NCBI GenBank assembly: GCA_027051165.1
Contig: JALTZZ010000036.1
Coordinates: forward strand, 5,050 to 69,049
Source of the DNA: an archaeon
Lineage (GTDB): Archaea > Hydrothermarchaeota > Hydrothermarchaeia > JALTZZ01
Reading direction: 5' to 3'
DNA: 64,000 nucleotides
Every line of letters starts with the position of its first letter. Positions within the stretch are counted from its first letter, which is position 1. Both the position numbers and the translations under genes were made by a program. The notes below the pieces were generated by a model that did no database searches, was not told the origin of the DNA, and worked only from the letters and a program-made list of their open reading frames with translations. Shown here one piece after another: positions 18,872-28,787 of the stretch.

Positions 18872-21459
18872 ATTTCCCCACCTCTGTAGGCATCGTAAAG
18901 AATTTTAAGCGATATTCCTATATCTTTTAACGGTAAGTCTTTTTCAAGATATTTACCGAGTAAATTGCAGAACACTTCTCTATGCAATTTTTCAATTTCA
19001 TCTTTTTTAAGCCTATTCTTGTAATTTCTTCTCTTTAAAAGTCTCTTAATTTCTGCTTTTAGCATGCTTATAAATGGTTCTTCCCATTTATCATCATTCT
19101 TCTTTAGACGTTCAATAATATCAATAAGATCATAGATAAATCTGTGAGAAAGTTTTCTTTTCTTTTCTTCTTTTGGACTTAACGCATCTATTATTTGATC
19201 AAAAAATTCTTTAAATTCCCATTTTCCACCAGCCGTTAAAATCTCGCCAGAACGCTTTATGAAAGTCATGCAGAATGCATTTCTTTCATACTCATTTTTA
19301 GCTTTTTTCTCAGCTTCTCTAACTCTTTCCATGGCATCATACAATGGCCACTTGTAGTGAGCAAAAACTATGCCAGCACTCATGCTTGCTCTATTCCCAA
19401 GGCCTATCATTCCTACTCTCTCATCATGGATTCCAATTTTTTGGAGATCTTCTTTTGTATAAAAATCTTTCTTGAAATACTCTTGAATTTCATAAGCTGC
19501 ATCAAGAACTTTATCTGCAGGGAATAAAGCTAAAACATCATCTCCACCCGCATATACAAGAAAACCTTTATATTTTTCAACAATCTTCGGAACAACATGA
19601 AGTGAGAAGTCTTTCATTGCTCTGCTTATCGCTATATGGTGAGAAGGTGTAAGGATTCTTTCTGTTTCCTTTATAGCAGGCTTATATTTAACAACTTCAT
19701 TTTTAAATTCATCGTGCAGATAATTATCAAAGTTTAAAAGCTTTTCCCCAGATAAAGTTTTTCCTATTTCATCTCCATCCATCATTAAAATTGCGTAGTA
19801 TTTATTCGGTTTGCCATATTTTTCATATAAATTTTTAAGATAATTCTTTGCTTCCTCCTCATCGGAATACAATTTTTTCGCCCAGTTTTCTAAATATATA
19901 TTTTCTATGTCAAGTTTTAATATTCCTTTTAAATTTTCATGTTTCTTTATATGCTCTTCAGCTTTTTCAATAAAGTCTCTTGCCGCAATATGAACAACAG
20001 ATTCAGATTTTGGTGGCTTATCTCCAAAAATTTTTTCGAAAACACTTTTTGCTCGGTATCCATACAATCTCTTAGTTAAACAAACAGCACATAACCTCTC
20101 GTTTTCTTTGAGGATATCTTTATTTAATTTTGCTTCTTTCCAACCATTGTTCCAATAATAATAAATTTCTTTTCTTTCAATTACCGCATTTCTTCTTCCA
20201 CACATCAAGCATTTTTTTCCTGTTATGGGTTTTTCTTCCCAAGCATTCCAGAACCTTGATTTCTGAGCTAAAGATATGCCAAGAATTTCATAGGTTAGCG
20301 AATAAAAGTGTGCTTCATTAGGATTATTTATTAATTCTAACCATCTCTCTTGTATATCCTTCAAATCTTCTGGCAAATCATCTTTTATATTATTAAATTT
20401 ATTTTGGTCAAAAAATTTAATATATGCACAGGTTACTTCAACAGCTTTTTCTATCTGCTTATTCCAAATATTTACATCTATATCTATATGCATTTCTTTA
20501 AGAATTTCTCTCGCTTTATTGCTAATTTCTTTCCATTCGTTCATTATGCTTTTCTTTATTTCTCTACATAGTCCTTCAGCTTCTGAATATTTAGCAAAGG
20601 CTAAAAAAACATTTGGTATATTTGCTATCAACAATCTTTTCCCTAAATCATCTTTATTAACGAACTCAGAAAACTCATAGAAATCTACTAAGGGATTTCC
20701 TCTAAGCTGAGGATATATTATGGTATCGTATCCATATTTATCGGCTATTGCCCTTATTCCAGCAAAAATTATCGTTGAATATATATGGCTACCAGCCCAT
20801 AAATCGCTTAGCTTCCTTGCATGGGAAATAAACTCTTGCACAGCTGGAAGCTTAACAGCAATTAGGCTAAGCTCGTCTAAGAAAGGAAAAACCGCACTTG
20901 AAACGTCTAAGTGATCCCAAATACTGTGGTCTGGTATCCTTGTATCTGCTGGAAGGAAGTATGCATGAGAATACTCCTCTGGCAGAAATCTCCAAAGTAT
21001 AAGGAAAACTTTCTTATAATCCTTATCTTTCAGCTTATATTTATCTATAAATTTCTTCATTTCTTTCTTGTTAAAACCATATTTTTCCACAGTTTTTCCA
21101 TAGTCCTTAATATATTCAATGTATTTCTTTATTTCTCTTAAATCGTTTACTTTTCCAGAAAGAGTATGTTTAAAAACTACTTTCTTATCTTTAAAATATA
21201 TTGGATAACTCCATAGCTCTTGTGGTAAGTCTAATCTTTGCATTGCGGATGATATAGTATCAGCTTTATGAATATTATTAAAAGCTCTTAATTTACTTCT
21301 CCTAAGCCTTTCAGCATCTTCTTTAAATCCAATTTCGTACCATAACTCTGATGCTCTTTCTATATGATCCATATAACCCAATATCAAAGCTTTATCTGGA
21401 GGATCATGTAGAAAAGCTTTGATTTTGTTTTTCCAACGTTCATTCATATCGTTATCCAC
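18868..21459 (-). CDS. cmr2: Cas10/Cmr2 large subunit
   Basis: FLHDPPDKAL (HD), PADTRIPDHSIWDHL, ARKLSDLWAGS, CLMCG/CAVC zinc cysteines, MMDGDEIGK, VYAGGDDVLA (Palm2 GGDD). Confidence 0.95.
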   Translation of the reverse strand: MDNDMNERWKNKIKAFLHDPPDKALILGYMDHIERASELWYEIGFKEDAERLRRSKLRAFNNIHKADTISSAMQRLDLPQELWSYPIYFKDKKVVFKHTLSGKVNDLREIKKYIEYIKDYGKTVEKYGFNKKEMKKFIDKYKLKDKDYKKVFLILWRFLPEEYSHAYFLPADTRIPDHSIWDHLDVSSAVFPFLDELSLIAVKLPAVQEFISHARKLSDLWAGSHIYSTIIFAGIRAIADKYGYDTIIYPQLRGNPLVDFYEFSEFVNKDDLGKRLLIANIPNVFLAFAKYSEAEGLCREIKKSIMNEWKEISNKAREILKEMHIDIDVNIWNKQIEKAVEVTCAYIKFFDQNKFNNIKDDLPEDLKDIQERWLELINNPNEAHFYSLTYEILGISLAQKSRFWNAWEEKPITGKKCLMCGRRNAVIERKEIYYYWNNGWKEAKLNKDILKENERLCAVCLTKRLYGYRAKSVFEKIFGDKPPKSESVVHIAARDFIEKAEEHIKKHENLKGILKLDIENIYLENWAKKLYSDEEEAKNYLKNLYEKYGKPNKYYAILMMDGDEIGKTLSGEKLLNFDNYLHDEFKNEVVKYKPAIKETERILTPSHHIAISRAMKDFSLHVVPKIVEKYKGFLVYAGGDDVLALFPADKVLDAAYEIQEYFKKDFYTKEDLQKIGIHDERVGMIGLGNRASMSAGIVFAHYKWPLYDAMERVREAEKKAKNEYERNAFCMTFIKRSGEILTAGGKWEFKEFFDQIIDALSPKEEKKRKLSHRFIYDLIDIIERLKKNDDKWEEPFISMLKAEIKRLLKRRNYKNRLKKDEIEKLHREVFCNLLGKYLEKDLPLKDIGISLKILYDAYRGGEI

Positions 21460-22619
21460 CTCCCAGATAACCGATTAAGGAAGTCCTCAAGATAGCTATA
21501 TGATGGAATATTTACATCAGCTTTTATGTTAGGATTTCTTATATCAGAAATTCTTAACCTATTTTCTGGGAGAAATAGTGACTTAAATAGCTGTAATCCG
21601 ATAGCAAATTGATTATTATCTAATTTCCATATCTTTATGTGTAGAGGTGATGCTCGTCTGTCATGTCTTATACCTTTTACCATAGCTTTTGGTCTATCTG
21701 GAAGGGATTGAAACTGAAACTGATGAGGCAGACCAAAAATTGATCCTTGAGGTGTTGATGGAGAACCTTTAGTATAAATACTTTTTACAGAGTGATAATC
21801 TTTTGTAACCCAGTATGAAAAAGTTCCTCTTCGAGTATGGCGTGTATGTCTTGCAGATGGATTACCTCTATCTTCTCTATATTCCCTTATTTTCTCACCG
21901 ATATAATTGATTGCATCAATTGCAGAATTATGTGTGTTACTTAAAATTTTCATCCTCCAGTAATGAGGAGCAATAATTGAGTATTGAGGAAGAGAGGTGC
22001 TTCTCGATATACTCCCGTTCCATCCAAAAATTCTGAGACACTTTTTGAGATTATTTCTAATATATCTCTCTAGCTCGTCTAAACTTTTTGGATTTATAAA
22101 CTCCATTTCGTCTATTGTTATATCTTTTCTTATTCTTAAACTTCCAAATCCCTTTCTGCTTTTACTTCCTATATTCCCTAAATTTAATAGCAACCACAAA
22201 GCAGCTATTACCTTTTTCTTATCTTCATTAGATATTGAGCGTTTAAAGATGACATGTAATTTAAATTGGCTTCCTAAATCTATATACGGTCTGTCGGATG
22301 CACCATAAGAGAGATATTTTATTCCTCTTCCTCTAATATTCTGAAAAGTTGATATCTTTAAGCTTATTGGAAAAATTTTTAGAGATACTTTACTTTGATT
22401 TTTTGTACTACCCCAAATTTTTTCTTCCTCTTCTTTAACACTTTTTAAATTTAAATCTCCCGTAGAGAATTTAACACCCCCCATTATTGCCCTAAACCAC
22501 CACCTTAGCAATCCTCTCAAACTCGGAGTTCGTAAACCCTCATTTTCTATATATCTTTGATCTGCACCAGCAATAAATAAGGGAGTTATATTTTCAATTT
22601 CTAATGTTACCTCTTCCAT
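21444..22619 (-). CDS. cmr1: Type III-B RAMP Cmr1
   Basis: ITPLFIAGA, LRTPSLRGLLRWWFRA, GNIGSKSRKGFGS, IFGLP, RRASPL. ATG 22619. Confidence 0.92.
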   Translation of the reverse strand: MEEVTLEIENITPLFIAGADQRYIENEGLRTPSLRGLLRWWFRAIMGGVKFSTGDLNLKSVKEEEEKIWGSTKNQSKVSLKIFPISLKISTFQNIRGRGIKYLSYGASDRPYIDLGSQFKLHVIFKRSISNEDKKKVIAALWLLLNLGNIGSKSRKGFGSLRIRKDITIDEMEFINPKSLDELERYIRNNLKKCLRIFGWNGSISRSTSLPQYSIIAPHYWRMKILSNTHNSAIDAINYIGEKIREYREDRGNPSARHTRHTRRGTFSYWVTKDYHSVKSIYTKGSPSTPQGSIFGLPHQFQFQSLPDRPKAMVKGIRHDRRASPLHIKIWKLDNNQFAIGLQLFKSLFLPENRLRISDIRNPNIKADVNIPSYSYLEDFLNRLSGRWITI

Positions 22620-22748
22620 AGCACAATAACCTCCTATAAGTCTATACTTGCACATCAAAGTATAAAAATTTTACTTTTAAATTATTAAACAAATTCAAAT
22701 TAATTATAAATAAATGATAAAAATGGGTTTAAAATTAAAAATATAATA

Positions 22749-23765
22749 TCAATATTCCCTCTCTATCAGGAACTCTGCAAGCGTTTTTATCTTCTCTATG
22801 GGTTCGTTTTTTATTCCGGTTTTTTCAAGCTCCTCTAATGCAATTTTCTTGAATTTTTCTGCCTCCTTTTTGCAGACTTCTAATATGTTGAGTTCATTTA
22901 AAATATTTAGGACTTTTTCAATGTCCTCCTCGCTCAGCTTCTCTTTTCTGTATATCTCCACTATCTCATCTCTTCTATCACTTTCGAAAACGCATACAAT
23001 CGGCATGCTCTTCTTCTTGTTCCTTATGTCGCTTGCAACCGGCTTACCAGTTTTTTCCTCCTTTCCCCATATACCTATTATATCGTCAACTATCTGGAAC
23101 GCCAACCCAATATTCCTTCCAAAGCTTGAGAAGCGATTTACTATTTCCTCATCATCCGTAGCGAGTATTGCACCTATTTTGCAAGAGGCTTCTATAAGGG
23201 AGGCTGTCTTTTTATATATCATCTCCATATACTCCTGCATCGTTATTGTATCTCTATCCTGAAAGCTCATGTCGAGGAATTGACCCTCGCAGAGGTTCAT
23301 TACAGCGTTGTTGAGAATTTCAAGGACGTCGAGAATCTTATCGCTGCTCACATACCTCTCCCTAAGCTTTAAAGCTGCTATGTTTGCGAGGACGTGCATT
23401 CCATCTCCAGCGTTTATTGCATGGGGAATTCCAAAAAGCTTCCATACAGTAGGTCTGTGCCTCCTCTCTTCGTCCATATCCTCAATATCGTCGTGAATCA
23501 AGCTGAAGTTGTGTATGAGCTCTATGGCTACAGCCGCTGGAAGGGCTTTATCGTAAACCCCAGCTATTGAACTGTAAACGAGCAAGCATAATGTAGGTCG
23601 AAACCTCTTTCCCCTATACTGCTCCACCTTTCTTAAATTCTCGTCGAGCCAGCCGAGGTGATACCTCATCATGTCGTAGAGCAGATATCTCCTGTTCTCA
23701 AAAAGCTTCTCCATTTCCTTATCAACAACCTCAGCATATTCTTTAAGGATATCCTCAGCCCTCAA
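22749..23765 (-). CDS. idsA: Short-chain isoprenyl diphosphate (GGPP) synthase
   Basis: GKRFRP, IHDDIED (FARM), RRHRPT, GQFLD, FQIVDDII (SARM). Confidence 0.92.
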   Translation of the reverse strand: MRAEDILKEYAEVVDKEMEKLFENRRYLLYDMMRYHLGWLDENLRKVEQYRGKRFRPTLCLLVYSSIAGVYDKALPAAVAIELIHNFSLIHDDIEDMDEERRHRPTVWKLFGIPHAINAGDGMHVLANIAALKLRERYVSSDKILDVLEILNNAVMNLCEGQFLDMSFQDRDTITMQEYMEMIYKKTASLIEASCKIGAILATDDEEIVNRFSSFGRNIGLAFQIVDDIIGIWGKEEKTGKPVASDIRNKKKSMPIVCVFESDRRDEIVEIYRKEKLSEEDIEKVLNILNELNILEVCKKEAEKFKKIALEELEKTGIKNEPIEKIKTLAEFLIEREY

Positions 23766-23766
23766 A

Positions 23767-24990
23767 CTACTTCCTCCAGAAGTCTATAAGAGTTTTCTGC
23801 TTTCTTTCTTCCACGTGCTCATCTCCAAATACGACCTTGCCGTATCTGCCACCGCCACCTTCTATTACCTTAAATAACCCATGCCTAAAATATTTTACCC
23901 CTTCGGCAATTCTTCCATCGCTCACCTTTGCTATGTCGTCTATATCCGCATCAACAAGAACCTTGATTTCGCTTCCAAAATGCTCAACAAGGCTGTGCCA
24001 TAGGCTCTTTACTCTATATGAGTAAACACTCTTAACGTTTATAACTATTGAGATTATCTCGGCTAAAGGAACTATTCTCAAATACCTCGGTCTGTGCTTG
24101 GGCTTCTTAGGCTTCTCGTATGTGGCAAGCTCGTTTATCCTGTCAATGACACCCTTTTTTATTCTCCCCCCGCAGAGCTTGCACCTAAATTTAAGCCTCT
24201 CAGCGGCATCTATGCTATACTTATGGTAGCACCTCGTGCAAGCGGTTCTGTGGTATTTTCCGAGCCTCGGATCAAGCCCAACGTTCAGGATTACTCTATT
24301 TCCTCCTCTTCTCTCAAAAGCTTTTCTTATGTTTTCAAAATCAAGCTCTTCAAGAAGAATTCTGTTGAACTCCCTTCCAAGCCTGTGAGGCTGAGGGGAA
24401 TGTGCATCTGAGTTGCTTAAAAAGGTTATATTTTCGAGCTCCTTTATTCTGTCGGCAAGATCGCTATCCGCACTTAATCCGAGCTCAAGGAAGTCAACAT
24501 CTAAGCTGCCGTAGCACTCTCTAAGGCTATTGAACTCCTTGTATATGCTTGTCCAGGGAACAAAAGCATGGCTTGGACCTATTAAGCCGTTTACATCTCT
24601 AACAGCATCGAGGATTTCTGCACCACTTAGATTTAGCCTTGGTCTTCCGTCGTTGAGATTTCCATATCTTGAAAAGTAGCTCCTGAGCTCCTCAACAGAA
24701 TCGAAGTCTGGGAGAAGGATAAGGTGGTGAACCCTGTTCTCATCTTCTACCTCGGTTGAAAGAACGAACTTGCAGGAATCGTATTCATATATCCCGTAGC
24801 TGAATTCCCTGAGCTTGACCTTAACCTCCTTCAGCCATGTTTTATGAAGAATATCCCCGGTGGCAACCAAGTCTAAGCCCTTAACCTTGGAATACCTCGC
24901 AATATTCTCAACATTCATCTCCTTTGAAACTCCGCCAGAAAATCTGCTGTGTATGTGAAGATCGCAGTCAATTTTCAGCATTATCTGCAC
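23767..24990 (-). CDS. TIGR00375 PHP-domain nuclease (endonuclease Q homolog)
   Basis: DLHIHSRFS, SNSDAHS, LGREFN, LGKYHRTACTRC..CKLCGG zinc finger. Confidence 0.85.
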   Translation of the reverse strand: MQIMLKIDCDLHIHSRFSGGVSKEMNVENIARYSKVKGLDLVATGDILHKTWLKEVKVKLREFSYGIYEYDSCKFVLSTEVEDENRVHHLILLPDFDSVEELRSYFSRYGNLNDGRPRLNLSGAEILDAVRDVNGLIGPSHAFVPWTSIYKEFNSLRECYGSLDVDFLELGLSADSDLADRIKELENITFLSNSDAHSPQPHRLGREFNRILLEELDFENIRKAFERRGGNRVILNVGLDPRLGKYHRTACTRCYHKYSIDAAERLKFRCKLCGGRIKKGVIDRINELATYEKPKKPKHRPRYLRIVPLAEIISIVINVKSVYSYRVKSLWHSLVEHFGSEIKVLVDADIDDIAKVSDGRIAEGVKYFRHGLFKVIEGGGGRYGKVVFGDEHVEERKQKTLIDFWRK

Positions 24991-25906
24991 CTTCGTCGTT
25001 AAGCTCCGAGATTTTTTCCAAGATCTTCTCTACGTCTATGTGCTCAAGAACGGTAGCACCGCTTGCCACTCTGTGCCCACCGCCGCCGAACTTTAAAGCC
25101 AAGCTTAAGACGTCTTTATTCGTATGAGTTCTGAACTCAAGCTTTGTCATGCTCTTGTTCTTAAAAACCTTATAAGTCATTACGCATATATAGTCAAAGG
25201 GAGCTTCTTCATGCTCCTTCAGCTTGTTTGTAATATAGTATATGGGCAAATCTGTTATTGTCTTTAAAACAGCCACCTTCCTCCCGTTTACATCAAAAAT
25301 CTTAACATCCTTTATCCTTTCGTCAAGCTCCTTGAGCCACGTTCTGTATTTCTCGACGAGCTCCTTATATTCCTCCTTGTTCTTAACTCCGTCGAGACCC
25401 TCTAAGGCAAGCTCCTTTGCGAGCTTCCTCAAGTTGAATGCAAGCTGAACTCCGCTGAACTCCTTCTTTATAGAGCCGATTAAATTTCTGAAGAACTCCG
25501 CATCCTCACTTTGAACGTTGTTCTTGTCTATCTCGTTTGCTATGTCAACGAGCTGTGATTCTATTCCAAAATACTCAGCCACAACCTTGCTCGCACTCTC
25601 GCTGTCGCTGTCGAAGTATATTTCCACATTCTTTGGAACTTCGAAGTCTATTTTCCAGATGTGATGATCTATCCAAACCGCTTTGTCGTATATTGCACTC
25701 GCATAGACACTCTGCCGGTTACCGCTCAGATCAACTATATAAACTATATCGAGAACGCTTTTGCCAGAGATAGATGAGCATATAGTATCTCTAAGCCTTG
25801 CCGGAGATGTGAAGTATATATATGCTTTCTGCTCTCCGAGAACTCTCAGTATGAGGCTTGCAGAAATTACGCCATCTGCATCTCCGTGTGCTATTATTGT
25901 TGGCAT
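24968..25906 (-). CDS. DHH/DHHA1 phosphoesterase
   Basis: HGDADG, IVDL, WIDHH, FGGGGH. Confidence 0.85.
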   Translation of the reverse strand: MPTIIAHGDADGVISASLILRVLGEQKAYIYFTSPARLRDTICSSISGKSVLDIVYIVDLSGNRQSVYASAIYDKAVWIDHHIWKIDFEVPKNVEIYFDSDSESASKVVAEYFGIESQLVDIANEIDKNNVQSEDAEFFRNLIGSIKKEFSGVQLAFNLRKLAKELALEGLDGVKNKEEYKELVEKYRTWLKELDERIKDVKIFDVNGRKVAVLKTITDLPIYYITNKLKEHEEAPFDYICVMTYKVFKNKSMTKLEFRTHTNKDVLSLALKFGGGGHRVASGATVLEHIDVEKILEKISELNDEGADNAEN

Positions 25907-25938
25907 GTATATTATTTAACACAAAAAAATAAATATAA

Positions 25939-26520
25939 TTATTTCCAAAAGTTCCCTCTGTAGAACCCTAAGGATGGGCAGCCCAAGCACCTCTCAGCCT
26001 TGTAGTATGAGCAGTCGCCGCAGTTTCCGTTTGAGCCGCATGGAGCATGTTCCGTTTTTTCAAAGCTCATTTTTACTGGCAGAACAAAGCTCATTGCTGG
26101 CGTTATAATTATGTTTATCTCAACATCATCAACGTTAGGATCGTTTCTCAGATGAACGTCAACTATGCTGTCTATTGTAGAGATATCTTCGCTCATGAAG
26201 AAGAGGCAGAGATTGTTCTTTCCAGAGGTTATAAGACCATTTATGAAGTATGGGCAGTTCTTAAACTTTTCCACGATTTCAGCAGTGTTCTTTGCGGTAA
26301 GCTCGACCTTTGCCAAATAAAGCCCAACTCTTTTAAAGTCCATGCCTACAACGAAAGAAATAGCACCCTTTTGCTTCAGTTTTTTGAGTCTAACACCAAC
26401 GGATGGCTGACTAATCCCTATTTTTTCCGCTATTTCGCTCTGACTCATCTCTGGATTCTCTACGAGGAGTGATATTATCTGTCTATCCTTCTCGTCGAGC
26501 TCAAGGTTCTCCTTTGGCAT
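25939..26520 (-). CDS. Lrp/AsnC transcriptional regulator with Cys-rich C-terminal tail
   Basis: LDEKDRQII..SQSEIAEKIGISQPSVGVRLKKL HTH, AsnC ligand domain, tail CGSNGNCGDCSYYKAERCLGCP. Confidence 0.85.
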   Translation of the reverse strand: MPKENLELDEKDRQIISLLVENPEMSQSEIAEKIGISQPSVGVRLKKLKQKGAISFVVGMDFKRVGLYLAKVELTAKNTAEIVEKFKNCPYFINGLITSGKNNLCLFFMSEDISTIDSIVDVHLRNDPNVDDVEINIIITPAMSFVLPVKMSFEKTEHAPCGSNGNCGDCSYYKAERCLGCPSLGFYRGNFWK

Positions 26521-26685
26521 ACTAAACCCACCTATAAATTATAACTGATTATACAATGCTGTTTCATATTTATAAATTTTTTTATTGATATAGTAATAAT
26601 TGTTTCATGCATGACAAACAATGGTATCCCATATATTATCATGCCCATTCAGCAAGCCTAATAAAACATAACGTATTGACGAAAA

Positions 26686-27345
26686 TTAGAAAACGTCTAA
26701 AATTCCAAGAAAAATTCCAAAAAATGCTGCAAGTGCTGCTAATATAATCTTTATATGAAGTGTATAGCAGATATAGCTTTCGCCATCTGCCCTTAGGTTG
26801 TAGAGCTCTATATAGGGTATGATAGTCCTTCTATACCATCCCAAAACTTTGCACTTCCTTCCTATAAGTCTCTCTACGTGCTCAACTGCAAAAATCCATT
26901 TAAATATAAAGATGATGTCCTCTGAAATGGTATTCTCCTACCAATCTATTATCTTAACGGGCATTTCCCTAACCGGATGCACATCTGCACTTCTTCTCGT
27001 ATCTAATTATCAATTCATTTTTATCAGCCATCCTTGGAATCCCCTCGTTAGAACGATTCTTGTGTTTCCCCTAAAGTGTCCGTATGTGAATGCGTTTGGA
27101 TGGTCGTCCTCGATTATACCCTTTCTTGGAATTTTAAATCTGTATATCCACCTAATTTTAAAAAATTTATCTATAAGTATTGGCGAAATTAAATATTCAA
27201 GAAAGACAAATAAAATCCCGAGGGGAAGGGCGATGATGTAGTCTATTTTGAAGTAATATGCGAGTGCCAAGAGGAAGGCAAACACAACCGCAAACAGCCA
27301 TGTCAGTATAGCTATGGAGTGAACTAAAAGAATGTTGACTTTCAT
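26686..27345 (-). pseudogene. htpX: Long-form HtpX/M48 zinc protease pseudogene
   Basis: N-part EYLISPILID..IIEDDHPNAFTYGHFRGNTRIVLTRG, then frameshift/deletion with no HExxH. C-part in another frame: VHPVREMPV..VLGWYRRTIIPYIELY..CYTLHIK, ending TAA at 26686. Confidence 0.7.
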
Positions 27346-27436
27346 GCTATTTTGTTCTCTTGGAGCTCCAAGATAAATCTTATGATGCTGCAAAGCTTAG
27401 GAAATGTTATTAAGCCCGCGGGTATATATTAGAAGT

Positions 27437-28333
27437 ATGGTAAGGGTTAGGCTGCTGAGCTGGCACAACGACCCAAGCTTCGTTGCAAGAAGTGCGAGAG
27501 TAAGCGGAGTTGGCAAGGTTAAATGCGAAAAATGCAAAGGAGCTGGAAGGATAAACGGAGAAATTTGCAAAGATTGCAATGGGGAAGGTAAGAGGGAGCC
27601 TACGGATAAGGAAATCGTTGAGATGATAGTTCTAAACGACTACAGCTCCGCACTTGAGCACATAGTTATGAGCTTTGAGATAACGGAGCTGAGCAAGGGA
27701 AACGCATGCGAGTTCCTTGAGCACAGGATAGCGAGCCACACTGGAAGAAGCACGAGGTATCACAAGGAGATAGGCTTTGGTTTCGTAATACCGCCGAAAA
27801 TAAGAAAAATTATGGAAAAGTATGGAATAAAGGACTACACAGAAATTGATAAAGCCTCGGGAGAAGATAAGGAAATTTTAAGGCTGTTCTTCGACGAAAT
27901 GCTTAAGAGCAGAGAGGTTTACGAGAGGCTCGTTGAGATAATCGGCAAAGAAAATGCGAGATACGTTTTGCCCTTCGCAGCTCACACGGCTTATATATGG
28001 ACTATAAACATGAGAAGCCTTATAAACTTCTTGGGTTTGAGGCTATGCGTTAGAGCGAGTCCGGAGATGCAGGAGTTCGCAAAGAAGGTTTACAAGGAAG
28101 TTTACAAGGTATTTCCAGAGATTCTCGAGCACGTGTGGTGCAGAGGGTTTAACCTTGGTGCATGTCCGGAAAACGAGGTTAGGGATTCCCCTCAAGCTAA
28201 GGACTGCCCGTTCAAGAATCCGAATTCAAAGCTCTTCATACCAACGAAAAAGCAGGTGTTTAGAGGAATTGGTGCAAAATTCGATTTTGATGAATTTAGG
28301 AAGTTAAGGGAGAAAATTTTATCAGAGGTTTAA
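27437..28333 (+). CDS. thyX: ThyX-like flavin-dependent thymidylate synthase with zinc-finger insertion
   Basis: SALEH, EHRIASHTGRSTRY (variant of RHRx7SxR), NARYVLP, WTINMRSLINFLGLRLC. ATG 27437. Confidence 0.82.
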   Translation: MVRVRLLSWHNDPSFVARSARVSGVGKVKCEKCKGAGRINGEICKDCNGEGKREPTDKEIVEMIVLNDYSSALEHIVMSFEITELSKGNACEFLEHRIASHTGRSTRYHKEIGFGFVIPPKIRKIMEKYGIKDYTEIDKASGEDKEILRLFFDEMLKSREVYERLVEIIGKENARYVLPFAAHTAYIWTINMRSLINFLGLRLCVRASPEMQEFAKKVYKEVYKVFPEILEHVWCRGFNLGACPENEVRDSPQAKDCPFKNPNSKLFIPTKKQVFRGIGAKFDFDEFRKLREKILSEV

Positions 28334-28334
28334 A

Positions 28335-28787
28335 ATGGAGAAGAATAAGAAGGGATTTGAAATACTTCCAAATGTAGAGATAGATGTAAAGGGATCTCAT
28401 AGAGTTAAAAAGATTATTTTTGAATTTTTATCTAAAAAAGACAGAGCATCTTTAAATGAGATAATAGAGCTTGCTGAAAAAGAGGGATTTAGCATCAATC
28501 AAGTTAAGTATGCTTTGATATCAATGCTTTCGGATGGAACAATTTTCATGCCGGAGAGGAACCTCTTCTCGATATATAAAAAGGGTAGAGGGGTGTTCAG
28601 GATATACGTTGAGAGGGTTTACAGGGGCGGTGCCACCGTTTTAGTTAACGATAGATTCCGTGCAAGGGTTGAGGAAACAGATTCGTGCATAGTTCTTAAG
28701 AAGGGTGCAAGACTCGTCGTTAGGGGCTCGCTCGTTAGAGATCGTGTTATGAGGTTAAAAATTTACGATATAGTGGCGTATGAATAG
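28335..28787 (+). CDS. Hypothetical protein, putative wHTH + beta-barrel
   Basis: Helical N-half ending LSDGTIFMP (wHTH wing-like), beta-rich C-half; overlaps the xpb start. Confidence 0.5.
   Translation: MEKNKKGFEILPNVEIDVKGSHRVKKIIFEFLSKKDRASLNEIIELAEKEGFSINQVKYALISMLSDGTIFMPERNLFSIYKKGRGVFRIYVERVYRGGATVLVNDRFRARVEETDSCIVLKKGARLVVRGSLVRDRVMRLKIYDIVAYE

Noticed and set aside
22620-22748. AT-rich stretch upstream of cmr1 as a CRISPR leader or mini-array
   Set aside because: No repeats are visible; it is consistent with a plain promoter/terminator region.
26686-27010. In-frame TAG in the htpX remnant as pyrrolysine or readthrough
   Set aside because: It is accompanied by frameshifts and loss of the catalytic core, which indicates decay.
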